From: Squalus acanthias
Taxonomy: Eukaryota
NCBI GenBank assembly: GCA_030390025.1
Contig: CM059432.1
Span: forward strand, 71,860,001 to 71,924,000
Direction: 5' to 3'
Length of the DNA stretch: 64,000 nucleotides
The notes under the pieces were generated by a model. It ran no database searches. It worked only from the letters and a program-made list of their open reading frames with translations, and was not told the DNA's origin. This document shows, piece by piece, positions 12,285-23,198 of this stretch. A program made the position numbers and the translations under genes. Within the stretch, counting starts at the first letter, position 1. Each line of letters starts with the position of its first letter.

Positions 12285-13662
12285 ACAGTCAGCATAGATT
12301 TGTTAAGGGAAGGTCGTGTCCGACTAACTTGATTGAATTTTTTGAGGAGGTAACAAGGAGGGTTGATGAGGGTAGTGCGTTTGATGTAGTCTACATGGAT
12401 TTTAGCAAGGCCTTTGACAAGGTCCCACATGGCAGACTGGTCAGAAAAGTAAAAACCCATGGGACCCAAGGGAAAGTGGCAAGTTGGATCCAAAATTGGC
12501 TCAGTGGCAGGAAGCAAAGGGTCATGGTTGACGGATGTTTTTGTGACTGGAAAGCTATTTCCAGTGGGGTTCCGCAGGGCTCAGTACTAGATCCCTTGCT
12601 TTTTGTGGTAAACATCAATGATTTAGACTTCAATGTAGGGGCATGATTAAAAAGTTTGCAGATGATACAAAAATTGGCCATGTGGTTGATAGCGAGAAAG
12701 AAAGCTGTAGGCTGCATGACCATATCAATGGACTGGTCAGGTGGGCAGAAAAGTGGCAAATGGAATTCAATCTGGAGAAGTGTAAGATAATACATTTGGG
12801 GAGGGCTAACAAGAAAAGGGAATACACAATAAATGGTAGGATACTGAGAAGTGTAGAGGAACAGAGGGACCTTGGAGTGCATGTCCACAGATCCCTGAAG
12901 GTAGCAGGATAGGTAGATAAGGTGATTAAGAAGGCATACGGGATACTTTCCTTTATTAGCCGAGGCATAGAATATAAGAGCTGGGAGGTTATGCTTGAAC
13001 TGTATAAAACACTAGTTAGGCCACAGCTAGAGTACTGTGTACAGTTATGGTCACCACATTACAACTAGTTTTGTATTTGTCTGAAAATATAAAGGTCTTT
13101 GCATTGTCCTCTGAATCCTTCCACGATCAGCCCCAACACCAACATCACCAGGAAAGATGTGATTGCACTAGAGAGGGTACAGAGGAAATTTACGAGGATG
13201 TTGCCAGGACTGGAGAATTTTAGCTATGAGGAAAGATTGGATAGGCTGGGGTTGTTTTCTTTGGAACAGAGGAGGCTGAGGGGAGACTTGATTGGGGTGT
13301 ATAAAATTATGAGGGGCCTAGATAGAGTGGATAGGAAGGACCAATTTCCCTTAGCAGAGAGGTCAATAACCAGGGGGCATAGATTTAAAGTAATTGGTAG
13401 CAGGATTCGAGGTGAGTTGAGGAGAACTTTTTCCACCCAGATGGTGGTGAAGTTCTGGAACTCACTGCCTGAAAGGATGGTAGAGGCAGGCATGCTCATC
13501 ACATTTAAAAAGTACTTGGATATGTACTTGAAGTGCCGAAACCCACGAGGCTACGAACCAAGAGCTGGAAAATGGGATTAGGCTGGATAGCTCTTTTTCG
13601 GCCGGTACAGACATGATGGGTCGAATGGCCTCCTACTGCGCCGTTAATTTCTATGATTCTAT
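12285..13662 (+). mobile_element. CR1 LINE (CR1-B), 5'-truncated, HER1-like 3' tail
   Basis: YMDFSKAFDKVPH, GVPQGSVL, FADDTK; ends gaatggcctcc...ttctatgattctat. Confidence 0.93.
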
Positions 13663-13937
13663 AACATTTTTAAGTAACAAGAATTTTTTTGCATTTTCAA
13701 ATACCATTAAGGAATATTTTATTGTTGTATATTTAATTTTATTTTCAATTAAACAGAAAATCCTCTTTCCATAGTATGTTATATGGAAACTAGGTATATA
13801 TTTTTTTAAACCGCTGAAGTCATTCTGTATCCAAATAGTTTTAGATCTAACAAATATTTAATTTAAATGACACACAACATACTTATTATGCTGAATGCAT
13901 TCATGAAGGAGGGATACACAGCCTGGTGGTTCTTCAG

Positions 13938-14551
13938 AGAGTAACAGAGAGGGTGATGAGGGCAGTGCAGTTGATGTTGTGTATATGGACTTTCAAAAGG
14001 CATTTGATAAAGTACCACAAATTAGGCTTGTTAGCAAAATTGAAGCCCATGGGATAAAAGGGGCAGTAGCAACATGGATACAAAATTGGCTAAGGGATAG
14101 AAAACAGGGAGTTGTGGTGAATGGCTGTTTTTCAGACTGGAGGGAGGTATAGTGTGGCGTTCTCCAAGGTTCAGTACTGGGAGCACTGTTGTTTTTGATG
14201 TACATTGATGACTTGGACTTGGGCACAATTTTGAAATTTGCAGATGACACGAAACTTGGAATTGTGGTAAAAAGTGAGAAAAATAGTAATAGACTTCAAG
14301 AGGGCATAAACAGGCTGGTGGAATGGGAGGACCCATGGCAGATGAAATTCAATGCAGAAAAGTTTGAGGTGATACATTTTGGTTCGAAGAATGAGGAGAG
14401 ACAATACATGCTAATTGGTGCAATTTTCAAGGGGGTGCAAGAACAGAGAGACCTGGGGGTGCTTTTGCACAAATGTTTGAAGGTGGCAGGACAGGTTAAC
14501 AAAGCAGTTAATATAGCATATGGGATCCTGGGCTTTATAAATAGAGGCGTA
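13938..14551 (+). mobile_element. CR1 LINE (CR1-C), 5' part
   Basis: YMDFQKAFDKVP, FADDTKLG, KAYGILGFINRG; continues at ~20259. Confidence 0.9.
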
Positions 14552-15281
14552 GGCCAGAATTTTGCCGGTGCTCAGAGTGCGGGTTTGGAGGTGGGTCCGC
14601 TGTCAAAATAGCAATGATTGACAGTGGGTAGGAAACCCGCTGTCAACCCGCCTCCATGCAATTCTTCCAGGTGTTGGGTCTGCCAGCGGAGAACTGACCC
14701 GACATCAAGCAGCGGGGGAGACAATTGAGCTCATTAAATGGCTTGTTAAGAGCCAATTTAATGGTATTTTGAGGCTTCCTTCCAATTTTACGTGCTCCCC
14801 CACGGGTTGCCCGCTGCTTGAGCAACACGCCAGCTCACCCCGGCGTGAGTTGAGTCTGTTCTGATGTATCTGATAACCTGACAGCTGCAGAAGTGGTGTA
14901 AAGGATGCCATGTTGCTGATGGTCAGTTTCAGAGCGCAGAAACTGTTGGTTACTGCATTTGTAAGACATATAGGGGTAAAAATTCACTTGGTTGCGCCTC
15001 CCGTTAGCGCCTTAAGAGGGCGCTAATGGGGCGCAAAGCCGCTAACGCCCGGGCGCAGAGATGTTTGCGCCGCTCGAGAACTTAACTTGAGATTGTGCGG
15101 CAGCGCTAAAACTTACCGCTGCGACCGCCTGCGCGCGCAGATTATGACGTCATTCCATGCTGCAACGCCCTTGGGGCGCCCCGGAGCGGAAATTGAGTGG
15201 CGCCCCCTGCCTTACCGCCTGGCGCTTCCAACGACCGGAAGACTGGAACGCTATCAATCGCTGTGGGGCTGGGGGGGGCGC

Positions 15282-15289
15282 TATTTAAA
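15282..15289 (+). promoter_or_regulatory. TATA-like box upstream of the transposase
   Basis: TATTTAAAGGG ~200 bp before the ATG; same motif at the equivalent place in other copies. Confidence 0.55.
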
Positions 15290-15483
15290 GGGGGCCTCTT
15301 CCTGTCTTTTTCTGTGGTCGACATTTATGCACCACTCGTTCTGAGAGAGAGAGAGAGATTCGGAGAGAGAGAGAGAGAGACTTCTACATTGACTCAACGC
15401 TTTGTGAGGTAGTTTTGCCTATTCATCCTAACTTTGTTGCTACTTTAGTTGCTGTCCCTCATTACTTTTCTGGCAAAGAGAAT

Positions 15484-16644
15484 ATGGGGGCTGCACTGAT
15501 TGGGGGCGTTGTCCTGCTCCAGCTGAATCGGAGGATACAGAGACGCAGACAGAGAGTGGCAATGATGGCCAGACGGAGGAGGGCCATCAGGCGCATGTAC
15601 AGGAGAGCTTACCCTCCCAGGGTATATCGTGAACAGCTCTCCTACATCCATATGTCCGAGGAGCTGTGTTTGCGAAGGCTGCGATTCAGCAAGGAGGTGG
15701 TCACTGAGCTCTGCCACCTGCTGCAGCCAGATCTGCAGCCTCAGCTGAGGTCCAGGACGTCTCTGTCGGTGGCAGTGAAGGTCACAGTGGCTTTGAACTT
15801 CTACGCCACTGGCTCATTCCAAGCTGCTGTTGGGGACCTCGCCAATATCTCCCAGTTCGCGGTGCATCGCTGCATCCGGCAGGTCACCAATGCCCTCTTC
15901 AGAAGGAGACGAGAGTTCATCTCTTTCCCTATGACCCCAGACAAGCAGCGTGACCGCGCTCTGGGCTTTGCGAGGGTAGCGGGCTTCCCCATGGTGCAGG
16001 GCGCCATTGACTGCACGCATGTGGCTTTGCGTGCTCCGCGTGAGAATGCAGAGGAATTCAGGAACAGAAAGGGGTTCCATTCCTTGAATGTGCAGTTGGT
16101 CTGTGACCACAGACAGCTGATACTCGCTGTCAATGCCCACTATCCTGGCAGCTGCCACGATGCTTTTATCCTGCGCCAGACTACTGTGGCAGAAGTTTTC
16201 GAGGCACCGCATCAGCCAGTTGGTTGGCTTCTCGGGGACAAGGGGTACGCATTGAGCACCTGGCTGATGACACCGCTCCGTACGCCAAACACCCCTGCTG
16301 AGCTGCGGTACAATGAAAGCCATCAAGCAACCAGGAACATTATTGAGCGCACAATCGGCGTGCTGAAACAACGGTTCCGCTATCTGGACCATTCCGGAGG
16401 AGCCCTACAGTACTCGCCTGAGCAAGTATCGAACTTAGTAGTCGTGTGCTGCATGTTGCACAACATGGCAATCCTCAGGACCCAGCCAATGCCACCAGGC
16501 CTTGTAGCACCACCAGAGGAGGAGGAGGAAGAGGAGGAAGAGGACGAGGACGATGATCAGCAGCAGCACCAAGGCGGGAGGGCGGCCCACAATGGTCAAA
16601 CTGCAAGGGCCGTCCGTCAACGGCTAATAGCAAGCCGCTTCTAG
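15484..16644 (+). CDS. Harbinger DDE transposase (HARBI1-like), 386 aa, intact
   Basis: GAIDCTHV, NRKGFHSLNVQLVCD, YPGSCHDAFIL, WLLGDKGY, RNIIERTIGVLKQRF; ATG chosen by match to the H4 ORF. Confidence 0.95.
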   Translation: MGAALIGGVVLLQLNRRIQRRRQRVAMMARRRRAIRRMYRRAYPPRVYREQLSYIHMSEELCLRRLRFSKEVVTELCHLLQPDLQPQLRSRTSLSVAVKVTVALNFYATGSFQAAVGDLANISQFAVHRCIRQVTNALFRRRREFISFPMTPDKQRDRALGFARVAGFPMVQGAIDCTHVALRAPRENAEEFRNRKGFHSLNVQLVCDHRQLILAVNAHYPGSCHDAFILRQTTVAEVFEAPHQPVGWLLGDKGYALSTWLMTPLRTPNTPAELRYNESHQATRNIIERTIGVLKQRFRYLDHSGGALQYSPEQVSNLVVVCCMLHNMAILRTQPMPPGLVAPPEEEEEEEEEDEDDDQQQHQGGRAAHNGQTARAVRQRLIASRF

Positions 16645-16938
16645 GACCCCTGCCATTGCTACCAACATTAATCAACCCAGCACGCAACCCCTAAGCCGGC
16701 CAAGGCACCAATAATTCCAACCACCAGCCATGTATATTTTGAATACAGAAACTTATTTATTTTACAAACTCTGTGTGTGTCAATTCCTCATGACAAACTC
16801 ATAGAAATAAACACAAAAAAACAGTCAATAACATAACTGGTTCTCACAACCTGGAGATAATGTCCAAAAGACTAAACAAAAGTTGGACCATGAACCTCGG
16901 CCTTTAATAAAAAAATGACCAGCATTTTGTCACACCTC

Positions 16939-18815
16939 CTACTTTTTGCCCTTCGAGGGTGATCTCCTTCCCTTGCGCACTTCCCCCCTTCTAACCCTAC
17001 TGCTCCTCCGTAATGGGACCTCAGTGGCTGCAGCAAGGCTGGTGGAAGGCTGCTGCTCGTCAGACCCTGACACTGCAGATGCCCCTGAAGGACGGCCTCG
17101 ACCACTTCTGGGCCTGGAGGGCCCGGCTGCAGACTGCACCAACTCTGCATGGGCGGCAGCAGTCTGTCCTACAGGCGGTGGCAAGTGCAGTGGAGAAGTG
17201 ACAGTGTTGGCAGCAGGAATGCTGTCATCGTGAGAGAGGACAGCAACTCCCTGCTCGCCCGACACACTGGCACTCCCACGGGGCAGCACTTCAGCATCCG
17301 GAGCAATCTGCCGGAGAACAGATTGCTGGCCTGCTGCGGCGCGGTGACAGCCCCGGGGACATGTGCACGAACCATCGAGGTTGGCAGCAGTCTGTGCTCG
17401 CATGGCCTCCATCTGAGTCTGTATGAGAGCAGTCAGAGATGGGATCACGGCAGCCAGTGACTGAATTGCAGCACTAAGCGTTAGTGTGGCATCCGCCTGT
17501 GCTACAGCGAAGTGCTCCACACTCCTTGCCAGTGACTCAATGCATTCGGGCACCCTTCCCACTGCACCCATGAGCTCAGTGTGCATGCCCACCGCCTGGG
17601 TGTTCATTTCTGCAATCAGCCGCTCCTCCTCTGCGTCCATTGCAGTAGGAGTGTCTGGCATACTCTCCCTCTGGGGAGAAGGCCCCCGTTCTTCCCTACC
17701 CCCCCCATGGCGTTGCTGCAGCCCGCTGGGTCCTGGAGCTTCACCCTCATCAGCCCCTTCCCCCCTGCTCCCCTCCGGGGAAGGCGTGTTCCCAGTGTGG
17801 GCATGGGCTTCCTCGGGAGAGGGTGGCACTGATGCTCTGGCTTCCTCTTCCTCCTCAGCTGCAGCATCACTCCCAGTGGCAGCTTCAGGGCCCGTCTCCT
17901 CAGCTGGTGAATCACCATCTGAAAGCAGGGAGGTACAAGAGTGGCTTTAGCGTGAGGACAGGGTGGCAGTAAGGGAGGAATAAGTGCAGCGAGTTAGCAA
18001 GTTGGATTGAAAGTGTCAAAGGCTGGTGTTGTGAGGGACAAGTGGAAGGACAGAGGACAAAAAGGTGATGACCTTACCATTGCTGTCCAGAACGGGGTCG
18101 GCGTCTCCAGTGGCGACGGGACCGATCACCCGGCTTGCCACAATCCTGTGGACGCGCTCCTCCAGATCGCTGAGGGGTTGCAGCTGAGGCCGCCCTCCAC
18201 CTGTCCATTGCTGCTGTCTCCTATTATGAGCCAGCTTAGCCTGCAAGAAAAAGGACAGCATCTGAGTAAATATACAGCCATGGTCTTGCCTGATGTGCCT
18301 CCCATAGGTGAATAGCCCTTACAATATGCAGCCATGGTCTTGCCTGATGTGCCTCCCATAGGTGAATAGCCCTTACAATATGCAGCCATGGTCTTGCCTG
18401 ATGTGCCTCCCATAGGTGAATAGCCCTTACTGTATGCAAAGTGTGGAATGTGTGTGTGTGTTTCATGAAAGGGCCATAGGTGTTGGATGAGTGTTGTGCA
18501 TTGGGGTTTTAAGACCCTCTGGCCATAGAGTGAGGTTGAGATGGAGGGATGGAGAGGTATTGAGAAAAAGCCACTCACCCTGACGACCCGAGTGAGGTCG
18601 TTGAACTTTTTGCGGCATTGAGTATGGGTCCTGGGCACCATGCTCCTGGAGGAGACGCTCTGAGCCACCTCCCTCCACACTCTTCTGAACTCGCGTGGCA
18701 AAGGCCTCCTGCCACTCTCAGGGAACAGCATACATCGTCTGCGCTCCACTGCGCCAACCAGAGCATCCAAGGCCCGCTCGGTGAAGCGATGAGCGCGTTC
18801 TCTCACCCTCTCCAT
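16939..18815 (-). CDS. Harbinger Myb/SANT-like DNA-binding partner, 3 exons (18815-18579, 18240-18078, 17918-16939), 459 aa
   Basis: GT-AG introns (gtgagt/ttgcag, gtaagg/tttcag), phases 0 and 1, 1380 nt open; N-terminus RFTERALDALV...WREVA...QCRKKFNDL is NAIF1/MYPOP-type. Confidence 0.9.
18269..18438. repeat. 3 x 54-bp tandem repeat in Myb intron 1 (H3)
   Basis: cagccatggtcttgcctgatgtgcctcccataggtgaatagcccttac at 18275, 18329, 18383. Confidence 0.95.
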
Positions 18816-19895
18816 GCTTGGCAGCAAAATGGATTCACAGGTCTCTCCAGGCTGAGATTCAAGGCTGCAATGAGCAGGGTGTGGCTGGGGAGCAAGTGGC
18901 CCCCCCCGCTTTAAGAAGTGTCCGGCGCCAGTGTGTCTGTGTTCCCTCGCTAACTGGCAGCAGCTGCGCTGCGCTCGCGCGCTGAGTTAGCGCCTCACTC
19001 CTTGGCCTTTGCGCCTTAAGACAGGTGTGCAGCGCCTGCTTTAGCGCTCCACTCACCTCCCGGGGCGTTAAAAGTGAAGTTTCCTGTCAGTGCCGATAAT
19101 TAGCGCCAGGCGCTAATATTTGCGTCCAGACGATATTTGCGCCCCAAATGGGGCGCGACCTAATTTCTACCCCATAGAGATTTCTTTAGCTTGCAAGTGT
19201 TTAGAGCCAACTGTATGTCCAGTGCCACCTCATTGGAACAACCTCTCTCACCATTGACAGATCGCTTCTGTCATCTCACCTGCAGCTGCCATCTATTGCA
19301 GCAACATCGGTGCCCTTGAAAAAATCAGACCTTGGTCCTCTGAATCCTTCCACGATCAGCCCCAACACCAACATCACCAGGCTCAACAACATCACCAACC
19401 TTCTCCACCATCACCTTATGCTGCACATGACACAGAGCATCAGCCCCTGACAACATTGCTGCCCGGGAGGCCAGCGATGGCATCACCATGGCCAGATTTA
19501 CTTCACTTGACGCTGTAAACCCTGGCTGCCACATGATGCGCCAGGTTGACACCATCCCACACCAGCACTGTAAAGCATCCCTATAATGTCTAAGCCATTC
19601 CATGCACACTCATCACTATAGCGGGGGGGAGAGGGAAGTTATGTCTCAACATTCACTGAACTTCAGTAAGACACTTCTCAAGGTGCGCACAGAACTGTCC
19701 AATAGGGGCAGTGTTGAAAATATAGATTTCACTGTCTGACAACACATTACCAGAACTTCACATGGACATTGGCTAAACTCTCAAGTGCCCACCCTTGTGT
19801 GTTGTTAGTTGGTATGCTTGCAGTAGGATGAGGGTGAGTGTGAGGGGTGGCTAGTGAGATGGGGAAGTGATAATGTAGATAGAGAGGGATAGGCC

Positions 19896-20260
19896 GTCAT
19901 GTGCTGCCTTGATGTCAAGGGCAGTTACTTTCACCTCACCTCTGGAATTCAGCTCTTTTGTTTGGACCGAGGCTGTAATGAGGTCTGGAGCTGAGTGGTC
20001 CTGGCGGAATCGAAACTGGGCATCAGTGAGCAGGTTATTGGCGAGTAAGTGCTGCTTGATAACACTGTCGACGACACCTTCCATCACTTTGCTGATGATT
20101 GAGAGTTGACTGATGGGGCGGTCATTGGCCGGATTGGATTTGTCCTGCTTTTTGTGGACAGGACATACCTGGGCAGTTTTCCACATTGTCAGATAGATGC
20201 CAGTGTTATAGCTGTACTGGAACAGCTTGGCTAGAGGCGCGGCTAGTTCTGGAGCACAAG
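19896..20260 (-). mobile_element. Fragment of a second CR1-group LINE family (RT region)
   Basis: APELAAPLAKLFQYSYNTG, DKSNPANDRPIS, ALDIKAA; same family as 45630-47640. Confidence 0.88.
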
Positions 20261-20802
20261 CTGGAGTATTGTGTCCAATTCTGGGCACCACGCTTTAGGA
20301 AGGACGTGAAGGCTTTGGAAATTGTACAGAAGAGATTTACTAGAATGGTTCCAGGGATGAGGGAATACAGTTACCTGGATAGACTGGAGAATCTCGGGTT
20401 GTTTTCCTTAGAGCAGAGAAGGCTAAGAAGAGATTTGATAGAGGTGTTTAAAATCATGAAGGATTTAGACAAAGTAAATACAGAGAAACTGTTTCCAATG
20501 GTTGAAGGGTCGATAACGAGAGGACACAGATTTAAGGTGATTGGCAAAAGAACCAGAGGCGACATGAAGGAAAAGCTTTTTATGCAAAGAGTGGTTAGGA
20601 TTTGGAATGCACTTCCTGATAGGGTGGTGCATACAGATTCAATAGCAGCCTTCAGAAGGAAATTGGATAAATATTTGTAGGAGAGAAATTGCAGGGACAT
20701 GGGGAAAGAGCAGGGAAGTGAGACCAACTGGATTGCTCTTCGAAAGAGCCGGCGCAGACTCGATGTGCCAAATGGCCTCCTTCTGTGCTGTACTATTCTA
20801 TG
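20259..20802 (+). mobile_element. CR1-C 3' part
   Basis: LEYCVQFWAP...TRGHRFKV; tail aaatggcctccttctgtgctgtactattctatg. Confidence 0.92.
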
Positions 20803-21743
20803 AATTCAGTTTCATGGAGGGTGTGTGATCATCTGATGGCTAGTGCTGTAATGGGGAGAGGATAGACCGTCTTGTGGTGGCTATATGTTCAACTAATAGC
20901 AGATAGTCTAATGGGGAGAGCCTCACAGGGGATGTGTATCAGTCCAACACCGTGTTGTCCAATGGGGATGTTATGGGGTGGTCAGTTTTGTAGCAGGCAT
21001 GGATTCATTTGATTCTTAACAAGCAGCGGGGAGAGGGTTTGCAGCCTTATGATGGATGTGTGTCTACACAGTCCATCCTCACATTTCTTTCCCTAAAAAA
21101 TTTTCAGGCCTGGGTATGTAATGGCAAATTTTCTTACCAAAGAAAACAAATTATTAAACTGGTTTCAAACTATTCTAAGGTGCATGCAATTCTGAAGTCA
21201 AAATTATGATAAGCAAAATGATGATATACATAGGGGTAAAAATTCAGTTGGTTGCGCCTCCCGTTAGCGCCTTAAGAGGGCGCTAATGGGGCGTTAAGGC
21301 GCTAACGCCCGGGCGCAGCGCTGTTTGCGCCGCTCGAGAACTTAACTTGAGATTGTGCGGCGGCGCTAAAACTTACCGCTGCGACCACCAGCGCGCGCAG
21401 ATTGTGACGTCATTCCGTGGTGCAACGCCCTTGGGGCGCCCCGGAACGGAAATTGAGTGGCGCCCCCTGCCTTACCGCCTGGCGCTTCCAACGACCGGAA
21501 GACTGGAACGTTATCAATCGGTGTGGCGCTGGGGGGGGCGCTATTTAAAGGGGGCCTCTTCCTGTCTTTTTTGTGGTCGACATTTATGCATCACTCGTTC
21601 TGAGAGAGAGAGAGAGATTCGGAGAGAGAGAGAGAGAGACTTCTACATTGACTCAACGCTTTGTGAGGTAGTTTTGCCTAGTTCATCCTAACTTTGCTGC
21701 TACTTTAGTTGCTGTACCTCATTACTTTTCTGGCAAAGAGAAT

Positions 21744-22904
21744 ATGGGGGCTGCAATGATTGGGGGCGTCGTCCTGCTCCAGCTCAATCGGAGGATAGTG
21801 AGACGCAGACAGAGAGTGGCAATGATGGCCAGACGGAGGAGGGCCATCAGGCGCATGTACAGGAGAGCTTACCCTCCCAGGGTATATCGTGAACAGCTCT
21901 CCTACATCCACATGTCCGAGGAGCTGTGTTTGCGAAGGCTGCGATTCAGCAAGGAGGTGGTCATTGAGCTCTGCCACCTGCTGCAGCCAGATCTGCAGCC
22001 TCAGCTGAGGTCCAGGACGTCTCTGTCGGTGGCAGTGAAGGTCACAGTGGCTTTGAACTTCTACGCCACTGGCTCATTCCAAGCTGCTGTTGGGGACCTC
22101 GCCAATATCTCCCAGTTTGCGGTGCATCGCTGCATCCGGCAGGTCACCAATGCCCTCTTCACAAGGAGACGAGACTTCATCTCCTTCCCTATGACCCCAG
22201 ACAAGCAGCATGACCGTGCTATGGGCTTTGCGAGGGTAGCGGGCTTCCCCATGGTGCAGGGCGCCATTGACTGCACGCATGTGGCTTTGCGTGCTCCGCG
22301 AGAGAATGCAGAGGAGTTCCGGAACAGAAAGGGGTTCCATTCCTTGAATGTGCAGTTGGTCTGTGACCACAGACAGGTGATTCTCGCTGTCAATGCCCAC
22401 TATCCGGGCAGCTGCCACGATGCTTTCATCCTGCGCCAGACTACTGTGGCAGAAATTTTCGAGGCACCGCATCAGCCAGTTGGTTGGCTTCTGGGGGACA
22501 AGGGGTACGCATTGAGCACCTGGCTGATGACACCGCTCCGTGCGCCAAACACCCCTGCTGAGCTGCGGTACCAGGAAAGCCAACAAGCAACCAGGAACAT
22601 TATTGAGCGCACAATCGGCGTGCTCAAACAACGATTCCGCTGTCTGGACCATTCCGGAGGAGCCCTGCAGTACTCGCCTGAGCAAGTTTCGAAATTCGTA
22701 GTCGTGTGCTGCATGTTGCACAACATGGCAATCCTCAGGACGCAGCCAATGCCACCAGGCCTTGCAGCACCACAAGAGGAGGAGGAGGAAGAGGAGGAAC
22801 AGGACGAGGACGATGATCAGCAGCAGCACCAAGGCAGGAGGGCGGCCCACAATGGTCAAACTGCAAGGGCCGTCCGTCAACGACTAATAGCAAGCCGCTT
22901 CTAG
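21744..22904 (+). CDS. Harbinger DDE transposase (HARBI1-like), 386 aa, intact
   Basis: GAIDCTH, LLGDKGY, IIERTIG, RFRCLD all present; no stops. Confidence 0.95.
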   Translation: MGAAMIGGVVLLQLNRRIVRRRQRVAMMARRRRAIRRMYRRAYPPRVYREQLSYIHMSEELCLRRLRFSKEVVIELCHLLQPDLQPQLRSRTSLSVAVKVTVALNFYATGSFQAAVGDLANISQFAVHRCIRQVTNALFTRRRDFISFPMTPDKQHDRAMGFARVAGFPMVQGAIDCTHVALRAPRENAEEFRNRKGFHSLNVQLVCDHRQVILAVNAHYPGSCHDAFILRQTTVAEIFEAPHQPVGWLLGDKGYALSTWLMTPLRAPNTPAELRYQESQQATRNIIERTIGVLKQRFRCLDHSGGALQYSPEQVSKFVVVCCMLHNMAILRTQPMPPGLAAPQEEEEEEEEQDEDDDQQQHQGRRAAHNGQTARAVRQRLIASRF

Positions 22905-23198
22905 GGCCCCTGCCATTGCTACAAACACGAATCAACCCAGCACGCATCCCCTAAGCCGGCCAAGGCACCAATAATTCCAACCACCAGCCATGTATATTTT
23001 GAATACAGAAACTTATTTATTGTACAAACTCTGTGTGTGTCAATTCCTCATGACAAACTCATAGAAATAAACACAAAAAAACAGTCAATAACATAACTGG
23101 TTCTCACAACCTGGAGATAATGTCCAAAACACTAAACAAAAGTTGGGCCATGAACCTCGGCCTTTAATAAAAAAATGACCAGCATTTTGGCACACCTC

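Larger units (their letters stand above)
14973..19173 (+). mobile_element. Intact PIF/Harbinger transposon H3 (4201 bp)
   Basis: TIRs GGGGTAAAAATT / AATTTCTACCCC, ATA on both flanks (14970-72, 19174-76), two uninterrupted convergent genes, CpG-rich subterminal repeats. Confidence 0.96.
14552..19895. mobile_element. Older Harbinger-like non-autonomous element (14552-14972 + 19174-~19895) split by H3
   Basis: Starts GGCCAGAATTTT (TIR-like) exactly where CR1-C stops; non-LINE sequence on both sides of H3; right end not seen. Confidence 0.5.

Noticed and set aside
18269..18438. CRISPR-like array
   Set aside because: Head-to-tail identical units without unique spacers, inside a spliceosomal intron
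14971..19177. TSD read as TAG or ATAG
   Set aside because: Would make the termini asymmetric; ATA gives symmetric GGGGTA...TACCCC and the AGA case confirms a 3-bp register
22074..22880. 268-aa antisense ORF over the H4 transposase
   Set aside because: Broken by a stop in H3; expected shadow of a GC-rich coding strand
15484..22904. Transposase ORFs as the domesticated host gene HARBI1, Myb ORFs as NAIF1/MYPOP
   Set aside because: They lie between TIRs and TSDs, are multicopy and have decayed relatives nearby, so they are transposon genes
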